DNA from: an uncultured Christensenella sp.
Lineage (GTDB): Bacteria > Bacillota > Clostridia > Christensenellales > UBA3700
Assembly (NCBI GenBank): GCA_910578245.1
Contig: CAJTPC010000002.1
Location: forward strand, 44,144-108,143
Direction of reading: 5' to 3'
Length of the DNA stretch: 64,000 nucleotides
Below the pieces are notes generated by a model. The model had not been told where the DNA came from, searched no databases, and saw only the letters and a list, made by a program, of their open reading frames with translations. The position numbers were made by a program, and so were the translations under genes. This document shows positions 8,559-16,379 of the stretch, in pieces. Every line of letters begins with the position of its first letter. Position 1 is the stretch's first letter.

Positions 8559-9107
8559 TTATTTTATCGTTATGCTTAATTTTTCTTTTAGTTTTTCCAT
8601 AGGAAGTCCTACGATATTGCTATAACTCCCCGTATATTTCTCCACGACTTCCCTATCCTGTATTCCGTAACCGCCGGCTTTGTCCATCGGACTCCCTGTG
8701 TCAACATACTTCCATTTATCATCTTCGCCAAGCGACTTAAACTTGACTTGCGACTTATCGTAAAATGTAACTACCTTGCTGTCGCAGAATATCGCAACAC
8801 CTGTATAGACAGTATGCCATTTGCCCGATAATTCATCCAAAAACTCTTTCGCTTCTTGCCTATCTTTCGGCTTGCCGTATATCTTACCGCTTTTATAAAC
8901 TATTGTGTCTGCCGATATAATAAGCGCATCGGGATAACGATTCGGCAACTCGCCAAGTTTTATTTTAGCAAGATATTGGCATACTGCATATCCTCTTGTG
9001 AGAGGAGTCTTTTCTTCCACGCTTTGAGGAAGTACCTCAAAATTATCGAATATCTCGCCTAATAGTTGTCTTCGCCGCGGCGAACTCGACGCCAATATTA
9101 CCTGCAT
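8559..9107 (-). CDS. maf: Maf-like nucleoside-triphosphate pyrophosphatase / septum formation protein
   Basis: MQVILASSSPRRRQLL start and C-terminal DKAGGYGIQ motif. The internal ATG at 9107 is chosen over the ORF-track start at 9176. Confidence 0.85.
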   Translation of the reverse strand: MQVILASSSPRRRQLLGEIFDNFEVLPQSVEEKTPLTRGYAVCQYLAKIKLGELPNRYPDALIISADTIVYKSGKIYGKPKDRQEAKEFLDELSGKWHTVYTGVAIFCDSKVVTFYDKSQVKFKSLGEDDKWKYVDTGSPMDKAGGYGIQDREVVEKYTGSYSNIVGLPMEKLKEKLSITIK

Positions 9108-9264
9108 AATCACTTCAAATATATTATTTATTTTATTGTAACATAAAATAATACATCTTTCAACAAAATTTATCAAGAATGATTAATCGCGAAAGCCTAA
9201 TGATTAACGGCAGTATAAAATTACTGCCGTCATATTATCATGATTTCGCTATTAAGCGTATGTA

Positions 9265-10794
9265 TTATAGAATCTGCAAATTTTTCTTATACGCTCTTCT
9301 AAAGTCCTGTATTGCCGTCATTGCGTCTTTTATCTCCAAAGAGCAATCCTGTCCTTGGCTGTCCGTCTTCATAATAACACTGTCGCCAAGCACGTCGCAA
9401 TCAATTCCCTTGATTACGCTTGACATACTTCTATCAAAACTCTCTGCTATTCTCACGATGACGCCAAGCTTTAGAATTGCGTCAAAGTCCTCCTCTGTAA
9501 GCAAGTCTTTATACCTCATAAACTCAACGGCATTTAGGTCGCCCTTGCGGTGCATAGACGCTACAAAAGCCGCCATAATCAAGTCTTTGTGAGAAATTCC
9601 GTAGAGATTTGAATTGAGTATAACGTAACTTGAGTGCTTATGGTGGTCGTAATACTTAATTCTATTTCCGGTGTCGTGCAACATTGCCGCCGTACGCAAT
9701 ACTTTGACGTAAGAGCGCGGCAACTTATGTAATACCTTAAGCTGTTTGAAAAGCTGTATAGACAAATTATATACTTGCTCAGCATGCGGGATATTCTCTC
9801 CAAAGAAATTAAGAAGCGAATATATGCTGTGTCCCAATACGTCGGAGATAGGCTTTTCATTGGTGGACGGCACTGCATATCTAAACATTGCCCCCTCGCG
9901 CAAACCGCTACCCGAAATAACAATCTCGTCTACGCCAACAGTATTGATGAACGCATTGATTGCTGACAGCGCGGCTGGGAATATATCTGCTCTAACGCTT
10001 GAAAGCCCCTTTATTTTCATTGTCTTATCAAGCTCCAAAGAGCGAATATTTGAATATATACTTGAAAACTCGCTCTTGCTTACCACGTAATTATGCGCCA
10101 TTGACAATGGGTATTTCTTAAGCATTCTGCTGATTTTGCCTATGTTTCTAAAAGAACCGCCTACGCCTATAAGTTTGGTATCCGGCAAAACGTCTTTAAG
10201 CCAATCTAGCTTTTCAAGTTCTGAAGCAACGTACTTTTCTATCATTTGGGACTTGTCCGCAGGCAATAAGCCGTCTTGCTTGACCATATCCGTCAATACT
10301 ACCGAGCCAAACGGCAACGTAACAGTGTTAAGAATATTCTTACGGTTGTAGTAAATAAGTTGAGTACTGCCGCCTCCTATATCCATTATGATGCCTCTTG
10401 GGACGTCCATAGAATTGATTACGCCCTGATACACGAGTTGAGCTTCTTCATCGCTGTTGAGGACTTTAAGTTCAATGCCGGTACAAGCATGTACTTCGTC
10501 AAGAAAACTGCGTTGATTCTTTGCCCTTCTAACCGCCGCCGTTGCGTATGCGTAAATACGGCTTACGTTGTTGGCGTCGCAAAGTCTTCTGAACATCTTA
10601 AGCGTCTTTATTGTTTGGGCGATTCTCGCAGGTTGCAAAAATCCGTCAATCTCCATATCCTGCGCCAATCGCACGGTTTCCTTGATGTCGTCGACAACTT
10701 GAAAGTACCCGCCTTTCAATATGTCAACCAACACCAATCTGGTGGAGTTGGATCCCAAATCGATAATAGCAATTTTATCCATATCTTTTTCCAT
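9265..10794 (-). CDS. Ppx/GppA-family phosphatase with C-terminal HD domain
   Basis: IAIIDLGSNSTRLVLV; DIGGGSTQL; GVGGSFRN; HD region AAMLHDTGNRI..HHKHS. Confidence 0.85.
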   Translation of the reverse strand: MEKDMDKIAIIDLGSNSTRLVLVDILKGGYFQVVDDIKETVRLAQDMEIDGFLQPARIAQTIKTLKMFRRLCDANNVSRIYAYATAAVRRAKNQRSFLDEVHACTGIELKVLNSDEEAQLVYQGVINSMDVPRGIIMDIGGGSTQLIYYNRKNILNTVTLPFGSVVLTDMVKQDGLLPADKSQMIEKYVASELEKLDWLKDVLPDTKLIGVGGSFRNIGKISRMLKKYPLSMAHNYVVSKSEFSSIYSNIRSLELDKTMKIKGLSSVRADIFPAALSAINAFINTVGVDEIVISGSGLREGAMFRYAVPSTNEKPISDVLGHSIYSLLNFFGENIPHAEQVYNLSIQLFKQLKVLHKLPRSYVKVLRTAAMLHDTGNRIKYYDHHKHSSYVILNSNLYGISHKDLIMAAFVASMHRKGDLNAVEFMRYKDLLTEEDFDAILKLGVIVRIAESFDRSMSSVIKGIDCDVLGDSVIMKTDSQGQDCSLEIKDAMTAIQDFRRAYKKNLQIL

Positions 10795-10910
10795 TAAAAC
10801 ATTTCCTATATCAAAAAATTTATTTCCGTTGACATTATATCACACAAATTATTCATTTTCAATACCCATTTTGAAAAACTTAAATAAACCTCAAAACTCA
10901 TAAGAATATA

Positions 10911-11381
10911 TTACTCTGTTCTAAGTTTTTCCGCATAAGTAATTAGATAGCCTTTTATTTCTTCCATAGCCTTGTTATAAGTAGATTGTTTTGGAATAAG
11001 TACGGGATCGTGAATCGGCTTATAGTGACCGATTGCCAGTTCGCTCAACAGCGCAAACTTCTTGTGGAATTTGGGCGGTAGGAAGAACTTATTGGACTTT
11101 GTCATTCCAATGATAATATCCGCGTCCTTGAAATACTGTCTGCCCTTGCCCCACTTAAAAGTAGGTTTATGCGACAAAACGTACTTCCTATCGAATCCTT
11201 CGCTCGTCAATACTTTCTCCGACTTATGATTAATTCTAAAAGCCTTGTTGAACACCCCCGAACTCTTGACCCACTCAACTTTCTTCGACAGAACTTCATC
11301 GTCTTGGACAATTTTTCTAAATACGTACTCGCAATAAGGTGATCTACAAATATTAGACATACAAATAAATAAAATCTTCAT
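10911..11381 (-). CDS. low-molecular-weight protein-tyrosine phosphatase family protein
   Basis: N-terminal P-loop ILFICMSNICRSP (CX5R-S). Confidence 0.8.
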   Translation of the reverse strand: MKILFICMSNICRSPYCEYVFRKIVQDDEVLSKKVEWVKSSGVFNKAFRINHKSEKVLTSEGFDRKYVLSHKPTFKWGKGRQYFKDADIIIGMTKSNKFFLPPKFHKKFALLSELAIGHYKPIHDPVLIPKQSTYNKAMEEIKGYLITYAEKLRTE

Positions 11382-11521
11382 ATAGCCATTATATCATAAA
11401 AAAAAGCATAATTCAAGATGTCTACATAATATAACCAAAGAAAATTATGGAATATAAAAGTCGTGTTTTGGGCGAAAATTTGACTAATTAACGCTCTTTT
11501 AATCTTTAATATACCCTTACT

Positions 11522-12130
11522 TTAACCTTTTTCGCGGCGAGAAAACTCGCACCCGCAAAAGTCTTGTCGGTATAGTCCGTACTCTTTTGAAAGCTCTATC
11601 GAGCGGAGATATCCTCCCTTTTTCTTAAAATCGTTGGGCAGATATTTGACTGTCTTGTCTTTAGCAAGAGCTTGACCTATCGAATTGAGTTTTTGAGCGT
11701 CTTTGTGAGGACTTATAGAGAGTGTTGAGCAGAAGTATTCAAATCCGTTTAATTCGGCGTAATCGCAAGCGCTCCTAAGTCTGAGCGCATAGCAGATACC
11801 GCACCTCTCGCCTCCCTCAGGACACCTCTCATATCCTTTAACCTTATCTATAAACTCTTTCGGGTCGTAGGGCGGGCATATAACTTTAACGTCAAGATTC
11901 ATATCTTTAACAAGCCTCTTGAGTTCGTTAAAACGCTTTTCCCACTCTTCTGAGCAAGATATATTGGGATTATAAAAATACAGCGTAATCTCAAAAAAAT
12001 CCTTAAGATATTCAAGACAATAGCTACTGCACGGCGCGCAGCACGCATGCAAAAGCAAGCTGGGCTTTTTGCCGTCAAGAGATGTGATAATTTCGTCAAG
12101 TTGAAGTTGATAATTTATTTTATTATCCAT
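11522..12130 (-). CDS. queH: epoxyqueuosine reductase QueH (DUF208)
   Basis: LLLHACCAPCSSY motif plus downstream Cys motifs (CxxC, FCGC) typical of QueH. Confidence 0.85.
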   Translation of the reverse strand: MDNKINYQLQLDEIITSLDGKKPSLLLHACCAPCSSYCLEYLKDFFEITLYFYNPNISCSEEWEKRFNELKRLVKDMNLDVKVICPPYDPKEFIDKVKGYERCPEGGERCGICYALRLRSACDYAELNGFEYFCSTLSISPHKDAQKLNSIGQALAKDKTVKYLPNDFKKKGGYLRSIELSKEYGLYRQDFCGCEFSRREKG

Positions 12131-12133
12131 TTT

Positions 12134-13294
12134 TTACTCGTCTTTCAGCAATTTATTCGCATAGTCTATCTTTTCTGCATCGCCGACTTTTGAAAATTCG
12201 TCATACACTTTTGACAACACCTCGTCGCCAATTCCCAAGTCCTTTAATTTTAACGGATATTTAACGTATTTTTTCAGTTTAGCATAGTAATTATTTACGC
12301 TTTCCTTGATTATCTGCCCGCTGTTTTTGCCGTCGCGCACGTCTACGTATTGATTGTATCCTATTAAATTTACTAGAGCATAGGTATCAAAATCGCATTT
12401 GAAGTCTATCTTCTCAACGCCTTTGGCAAATAGAATATTGAATACGTCGCGATAATCTGCGCCACTATAGTCGCAAATGAGGTCGCCAAGCTCTGTCAAC
12501 AAAGCGTTGGGCGATGACCAATACGCGCAACCTGCAAGCGCCGTAGCAAATGCCACGTTAAATCTATATTTGCGTATACCGCTGTACATCATACACTGTT
12601 CGAAGTTGTCGGTAAGCAGCGTAATAGCGTCCAAAGCGTACACTTTAGTCATAGGATCTACGTTGACACCAGAAGTCAGTGACGTTATTGCCATAGCCAA
12701 AGCGTTAAGCCCTGTCGAAGCAATACTCTTTCTTCCTACGATAGAACATAGACATGGATCAAGAACGAGAAAATTTGTCTGAGCAAAAGGCGTATCAAGT
12801 TGGATTACGCGCTTATCTTCGCACCTAATTCGCACGTTGTTGCTCGCTTCTATTCCCGATGAAAGATATGTCGGAATTACAGTGAGCGGAATTGGCTTGG
12901 ACGATATATTATTTACAGCGCAATCAAGATAATTGGACATAAAAGATACGCCGTCTTTAAGCATAATTTTGACGGCTTTTGCAACATATATAGCGCTCCG
13001 CTGACCTAAGGCGATTATACTGTCGCACTCTTTTTCTTTGAAAAGTCTTAACGCTTTGTCGCAATCCTCCGCCATAGCGTATTCCAAGACCTTTTTATAT
13101 TGGCAGGCTATGTTGAGGTCTTTGCCAACCTGTCTAAGTAAAGAATTGAGTTGTCCGTGTTTTACGCTTGTTTCATCGCAAATGAGCATAACGCGTCTTG
13201 CGCCCATATTACTCAATGCCACCGTAGAGTTGCGTAAAGCTCCTTTACCGGTCAAGAACTTTATATCACTCTCAAAGTTATACTGACTTCTCAT
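12134..13294 (-). CDS. iron-containing alcohol dehydrogenase-fold protein, metal ligands apparently substituted
   Basis: Collinear with Fe-ADH (RRVMLICDE.., CDSIIALG-QRS-..AKAV, IPT..SSGIEAS, LDP). Canonical GxDALTHAIE reads GLNALAMAITS, and the HxxxH...H block contains no His. Confidence 0.7.
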   Translation of the reverse strand: MRSQYNFESDIKFLTGKGALRNSTVALSNMGARRVMLICDETSVKHGQLNSLLRQVGKDLNIACQYKKVLEYAMAEDCDKALRLFKEKECDSIIALGQRSAIYVAKAVKIMLKDGVSFMSNYLDCAVNNISSKPIPLTVIPTYLSSGIEASNNVRIRCEDKRVIQLDTPFAQTNFLVLDPCLCSIVGRKSIASTGLNALAMAITSLTSGVNVDPMTKVYALDAITLLTDNFEQCMMYSGIRKYRFNVAFATALAGCAYWSSPNALLTELGDLICDYSGADYRDVFNILFAKGVEKIDFKCDFDTYALVNLIGYNQYVDVRDGKNSGQIIKESVNNYYAKLKKYVKYPLKLKDLGIGDEVLSKVYDEFSKVGDAEKIDYANKLLKDE

Positions 13295-14493
13295 ACCAAC
13301 ACCGCCTTAATAGCTATTGGGTCATAACGACGTGGATTGTTGAGCATATGCGGATTATAAGATAATTGAATTGCGATAGCCTGTCTTTCATCGTCGTTAA
13401 AGATTATCGGCGCGTACTCTTCAACGTATTTAGCTAACAATTCGTCAACAAACTCTTTGACGCAACTCACAAAGCGCTTTGCCCTGTCGTCTTGGGGATA
13501 TTGCGAGTACTCTTGCCACCCAACGAAAGACCATAGAGCCTGAGAATATTTCTCTTTGCATACTCTCAAATTGAAATCAAGCGAAGCTCTAATAGCTACA
13601 GGTAGACATTCTAAATAATTGATACCCTTGACATCGCTTATGGCTAAGGCAAGCGAATAAATCATGCCCATACCTCTTCCGTCAAGACCTTTAGATAGGT
13701 ATGCGCTCTCCAAAGCAAAATCCATCATCTTATCTTCTTGGGAAGATTCCAGCATATCCAAAGCCTTTGATCTTAAATTAGTAAGCGCTACTTGACTGAA
13801 AATCTTGCCTATCGCGTGATCTTCCACCTGCTTTATAGCAATACCTACTACTTCGTAATGCATGGCAATGAAGCCGTCAATGGCTTTTCCGAGCGTATTC
13901 AGAACTCCATAAGCCATAGAAGCCCTCGATGCTGACAACATAATATTGCTATCGATAATGCAATAATCGGGCGAAAGTAATTCGTGAAAAATATTACGGC
14001 TCAATTTTTTCTGAGCGTCATAAAAAACCGCCAAGGCATTGCACTCGTTGCCCATTCCAAATCTACAAGGTATGGCAATGAGCGGAACGTCAATGACTTT
14101 GCGACCTATTGTTGATTTATTAAAGAACTTGCTTATATCTTTAACTTGCGTAGAAAGCTCAAGTCGCAGAAGTTTGGCGTAGTCAACTAATTTTCCGCTA
14201 CCGCAGACAACTATGCCGTCGCAACCATTGGACATATAGACGAAATACATATCCTTGAGAATACTTGCGCTGTCTTGCAAATTTTCTCCCAAATACACGG
14301 CTCCGATAGCCACTTCACCGTCCTTAGATACACTGCTTTTGACCCTATCAAGACATCCTTCGGAGAGCATGCGCCTATCGCCAATTATCATAACGCGCGA
14401 CGCGCATAGACCGCAAAGAAGTATATGCAAATCTGCAATACCTCTTTCGCCGTCTATTATTTTAGTACCGTTGGAAAACTCCGCGTATCTCAT
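13291..14493 (-). CDS. iron-containing alcohol dehydrogenase-fold protein (paralog), metal ligands apparently substituted
   Basis: Fe-ADH-like layout (RVMIIGD, DGIVVCGSGKLVDYAKLL, IAIPCRFGMGNE). DALTHAIE reads NTLGKAIDG, and there is no His in the second ligand block. 4-nt overlap with 12134..13294. No SD before the annotated ATG, so the start is uncertain. Confidence 0.6.
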   Translation of the reverse strand: MRYAEFSNGTKIIDGERGIADLHILLCGLCASRVMIIGDRRMLSEGCLDRVKSSVSKDGEVAIGAVYLGENLQDSASILKDMYFVYMSNGCDGIVVCGSGKLVDYAKLLRLELSTQVKDISKFFNKSTIGRKVIDVPLIAIPCRFGMGNECNALAVFYDAQKKLSRNIFHELLSPDYCIIDSNIMLSASRASMAYGVLNTLGKAIDGFIAMHYEVVGIAIKQVEDHAIGKIFSQVALTNLRSKALDMLESSQEDKMMDFALESAYLSKGLDGRGMGMIYSLALAISDVKGINYLECLPVAIRASLDFNLRVCKEKYSQALWSFVGWQEYSQYPQDDRAKRFVSCVKEFVDELLAKYVEEYAPIIFNDDERQAIAIQLSYNPHMLNNPRRYDPIAIKAVLV

Positions 14494-14501
14494 ATAATAA
14501 T

Positions 14502-14538
14502 TATAGCATAATTACATTTGAATGTCTATTATGCTATA
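14502..14538. repeat. 37-bp near-perfect AT-rich palindrome between bioY stop and the ADH-like operon start
   Basis: TATAGCATAAT (14502-14512) pairs with ATTATGCTATA (14528-14538). The loop holds a nested pair ACATT..AATGT. No U-run follows on either strand. Confidence 0.6.
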
Positions 14539-14561
14539 AAATATCATTGAGATTTATACAA

Positions 14562-15263
14562 TTAGCGACTGAATTTGCTGAACTTGCTCAACTTGGGGCA
14601 TATCAACGATGAAATCACACACTTGACAATATCAATAGGAATAAACGGAATGAGCATTATCATAAGGAAATTCCAAACGCCCATAGTTGAGTGCGTATAA
14701 CCGTATAGAATGCCTGCGCCGTACGCAACGCCTATCACATCTAGTATTACCAAATCTATAAGCGAAGCCAAGAAATACGTCAAGAAGTTGTTTTTACCGA
14801 CTTTTTCTCTAAACCAAGCGGCAAAGAATCCGCCCACCATCATACCTATTAAGAATCCAAACGACGGCTGAAGAACATAGGCAAACCCTCCGCCATTGGA
14901 GAATATAGGCAAACCGAAAAGTCCCAACAAGATATACAAGAGCACTGAAATCGTACCCCACTTTTTCCCCAACAACAGACAACATACGTTGGTGACCAAG
15001 AATTGCAACGTGAACTTAACTGACGTCGTAAGCGGTATCGATATAAAGGCGCTGATAATCATAAGCGCAATAAAAAGACCGGAAGTAGATATACCGAGAA
15101 TATACATGCGGTGCTTTTCGTAATTCTCTCTAGCCTTTTGAGTATCGATTGTAGCTCCTTCTTTGTTAATTTCTTGACTTTTTTCAACGACTAATTTATT
15201 GTCGCTGTTTTGCAAGTCGTCAGCTTGCTCGTCTTTCTTTTGGAACTCATCAAATCCATTCAT
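14562..15263 (-). CDS. bioY: biotin transporter BioY with ~55-aa hydrophilic N-terminal extension
   Basis: PLTTSVKFTLQFLVTNVCCLLLGKKWG...LLGLFGLPIFSNGGGFAYVLQPSFGFLIG is BioY-like. The ATG at 15263 has a strong SD (taaggag, 8-nt spacer); the internal Met has none. Confidence 0.85.
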   Translation of the reverse strand: MNGFDEFQKKDEQADDLQNSDNKLVVEKSQEINKEGATIDTQKARENYEKHRMYILGISTSGLFIALMIISAFISIPLTTSVKFTLQFLVTNVCCLLLGKKWGTISVLLYILLGLFGLPIFSNGGGFAYVLQPSFGFLIGMMVGGFFAAWFREKVGKNNFLTYFLASLIDLVILDVIGVAYGAGILYGYTHSTMGVWNFLMIMLIPFIPIDIVKCVISSLICPKLSKFSKFSR

Positions 15264-16233
15264 TTTCCGTACTCCTTATAGATATTTCTCCGCAAGTGAG
15301 TTTGCGAGTAGTATCCCCCTCTTGAATAACCAGACCGCCGTCATTATCAATGTCAATGACCCTACCTCTCTTATCCTCACAGTTAATAACGTAACTTATC
15401 TCTTTGCCAATGACCATAGAATGCTCTTTATATTCTTGCATAAACGTTCTATCCGTCAAATCGCTAGTCAAAGTAATCAAATTATCGTAAATTTCGGCAA
15501 TAAGTTGAGAACGCGTAATAGTAGGCTCTCCCGTAAATAGCGCGCACGCCTTGTCCTTTATATCATCGGGAAAATCCTGCTCTACAAAGTTTATACCGAT
15601 ACCTATGATAAAAGTACCCGCCTTACCGCTCTCAAAGTCGATGTCTGCTTGGGTAAGAATACCGCACACTTTCTTTTTACCTATATATAAATCATTGACC
15701 CACTTTATTTTTGCGTCAATTCCGGTGAGTTTTGCAATACTTCTGCGCGTTGCAACGGCTGTCGCCGGAGTGATGACCATGACGTCTTGCATATTCTCTA
15801 TACGCTTGCAAAGACTTACGCTCATATAAATCCCCTTCTTAGGAGAAAAGAAAGTCTTACCCATACGCCCTCTGCCATTGGTCTGCTCGTCTGCGACGAT
15901 AAGCGCGCCGTGTCTTAACTGTCCGCTCATAAGCCTTGTCATAGCCTCGGCATTAGTAGACGGCGAAGTCTTGAGCGTAACAATGTCTATATCCGCGTAT
16001 TTAGGAGCAAGACAAGCGCGTAGACTCTGCTCGGATAAAATATCGTTGGAAGCAAGCAAAATATAGCCTTTGTTGGTCGTAGCGATGATTTTATAGCCTT
16101 CCAACTGCAAAGCCTTGACCCCTTTCCATACGCTTGCGCGCGATACGTTAAGTTGGTCTGCAATCTGTTGTCCCGACAATGCCTGACCCCTGCTGTTTTC
16201 TAAAAGTTGTAATATGCGTTGCTTTAATGCCAT
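15250..16233 (-). CDS. birA: bifunctional biotin-[acetyl-CoA-carboxylase] ligase / biotin operon repressor
   Basis: N-terminal winged HTH (LSGQQIADQLNVSRASVWKGVKALQLEGYKI) followed by ligase motif QTNGRGRMGKTFFSP. Confidence 0.9.
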   Translation of the reverse strand: MALKQRILQLLENSRGQALSGQQIADQLNVSRASVWKGVKALQLEGYKIIATTNKGYILLASNDILSEQSLRACLAPKYADIDIVTLKTSPSTNAEAMTRLMSGQLRHGALIVADEQTNGRGRMGKTFFSPKKGIYMSVSLCKRIENMQDVMVITPATAVATRRSIAKLTGIDAKIKWVNDLYIGKKKVCGILTQADIDFESGKAGTFIIGIGINFVEQDFPDDIKDKACALFTGEPTITRSQLIAEIYDNLITLTSDLTDRTFMQEYKEHSMVIGKEISYVINCEDKRGRVIDIDNDGGLVIQEGDTTRKLTCGEISIRSTENEWI

Positions 16234-16253
16234 AATAACCTCTTTTCCAAAAT

Positions 16254-16282
16254 AGTATAGTTGAGATATCTAAAATTGTCAA
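16254..16282 (-). promoter_or_regulatory. sigma-A-type promoter of birA-bioY (TTGACA-17-TATACT)
   Basis: Minus strand: TTGACA (16282-16277), 17-nt spacer, TATACT (16259-16254). The -35 lies inside the operator arm. Confidence 0.6.
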
Positions 16283-16307
16283 CTAAATTTAATATATTAG
16301 TTGACAA
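16276..16307. promoter_or_regulatory. BirA operator (bioO): TTGTCAACTAA-N10-TTAGTTGACAA
   Basis: Perfect 11-bp inverted repeat containing the TGTnAAC...GTTnACA BirA box, immediately upstream of birA. Confidence 0.7.
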
Positions 16308-16324
16308 TAAAGACTGCTTTGACT

Positions 16325-16352
16325 ACAAAAAGCGGGAGATTGCTCTCCCGCT
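16325..16352 (-). terminator. rho-independent terminator of the giant surface-protein operon
   Basis: AGCGGGAGA-gcaa-TCTCCCGCT followed by TTTTTG on the minus strand, 28 nt after the stop at 16380. Confidence 0.75.
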
Positions 16353-16379
16353 CTTGCGTTTTGTGAATTAGCATAAGAC

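Noticed and set aside
8559-9176. Longer N-terminal extensions offered by the ORF track for maf (9176), aconitase-family gene (44655), rpmF (35602), giant gene 2 (20537), lipoprotein (52902) and phosphoesterase (47013)
   Set aside because: In each case an internal ATG is preceded by a good SD and matches the family N-terminus. The extensions have neither.
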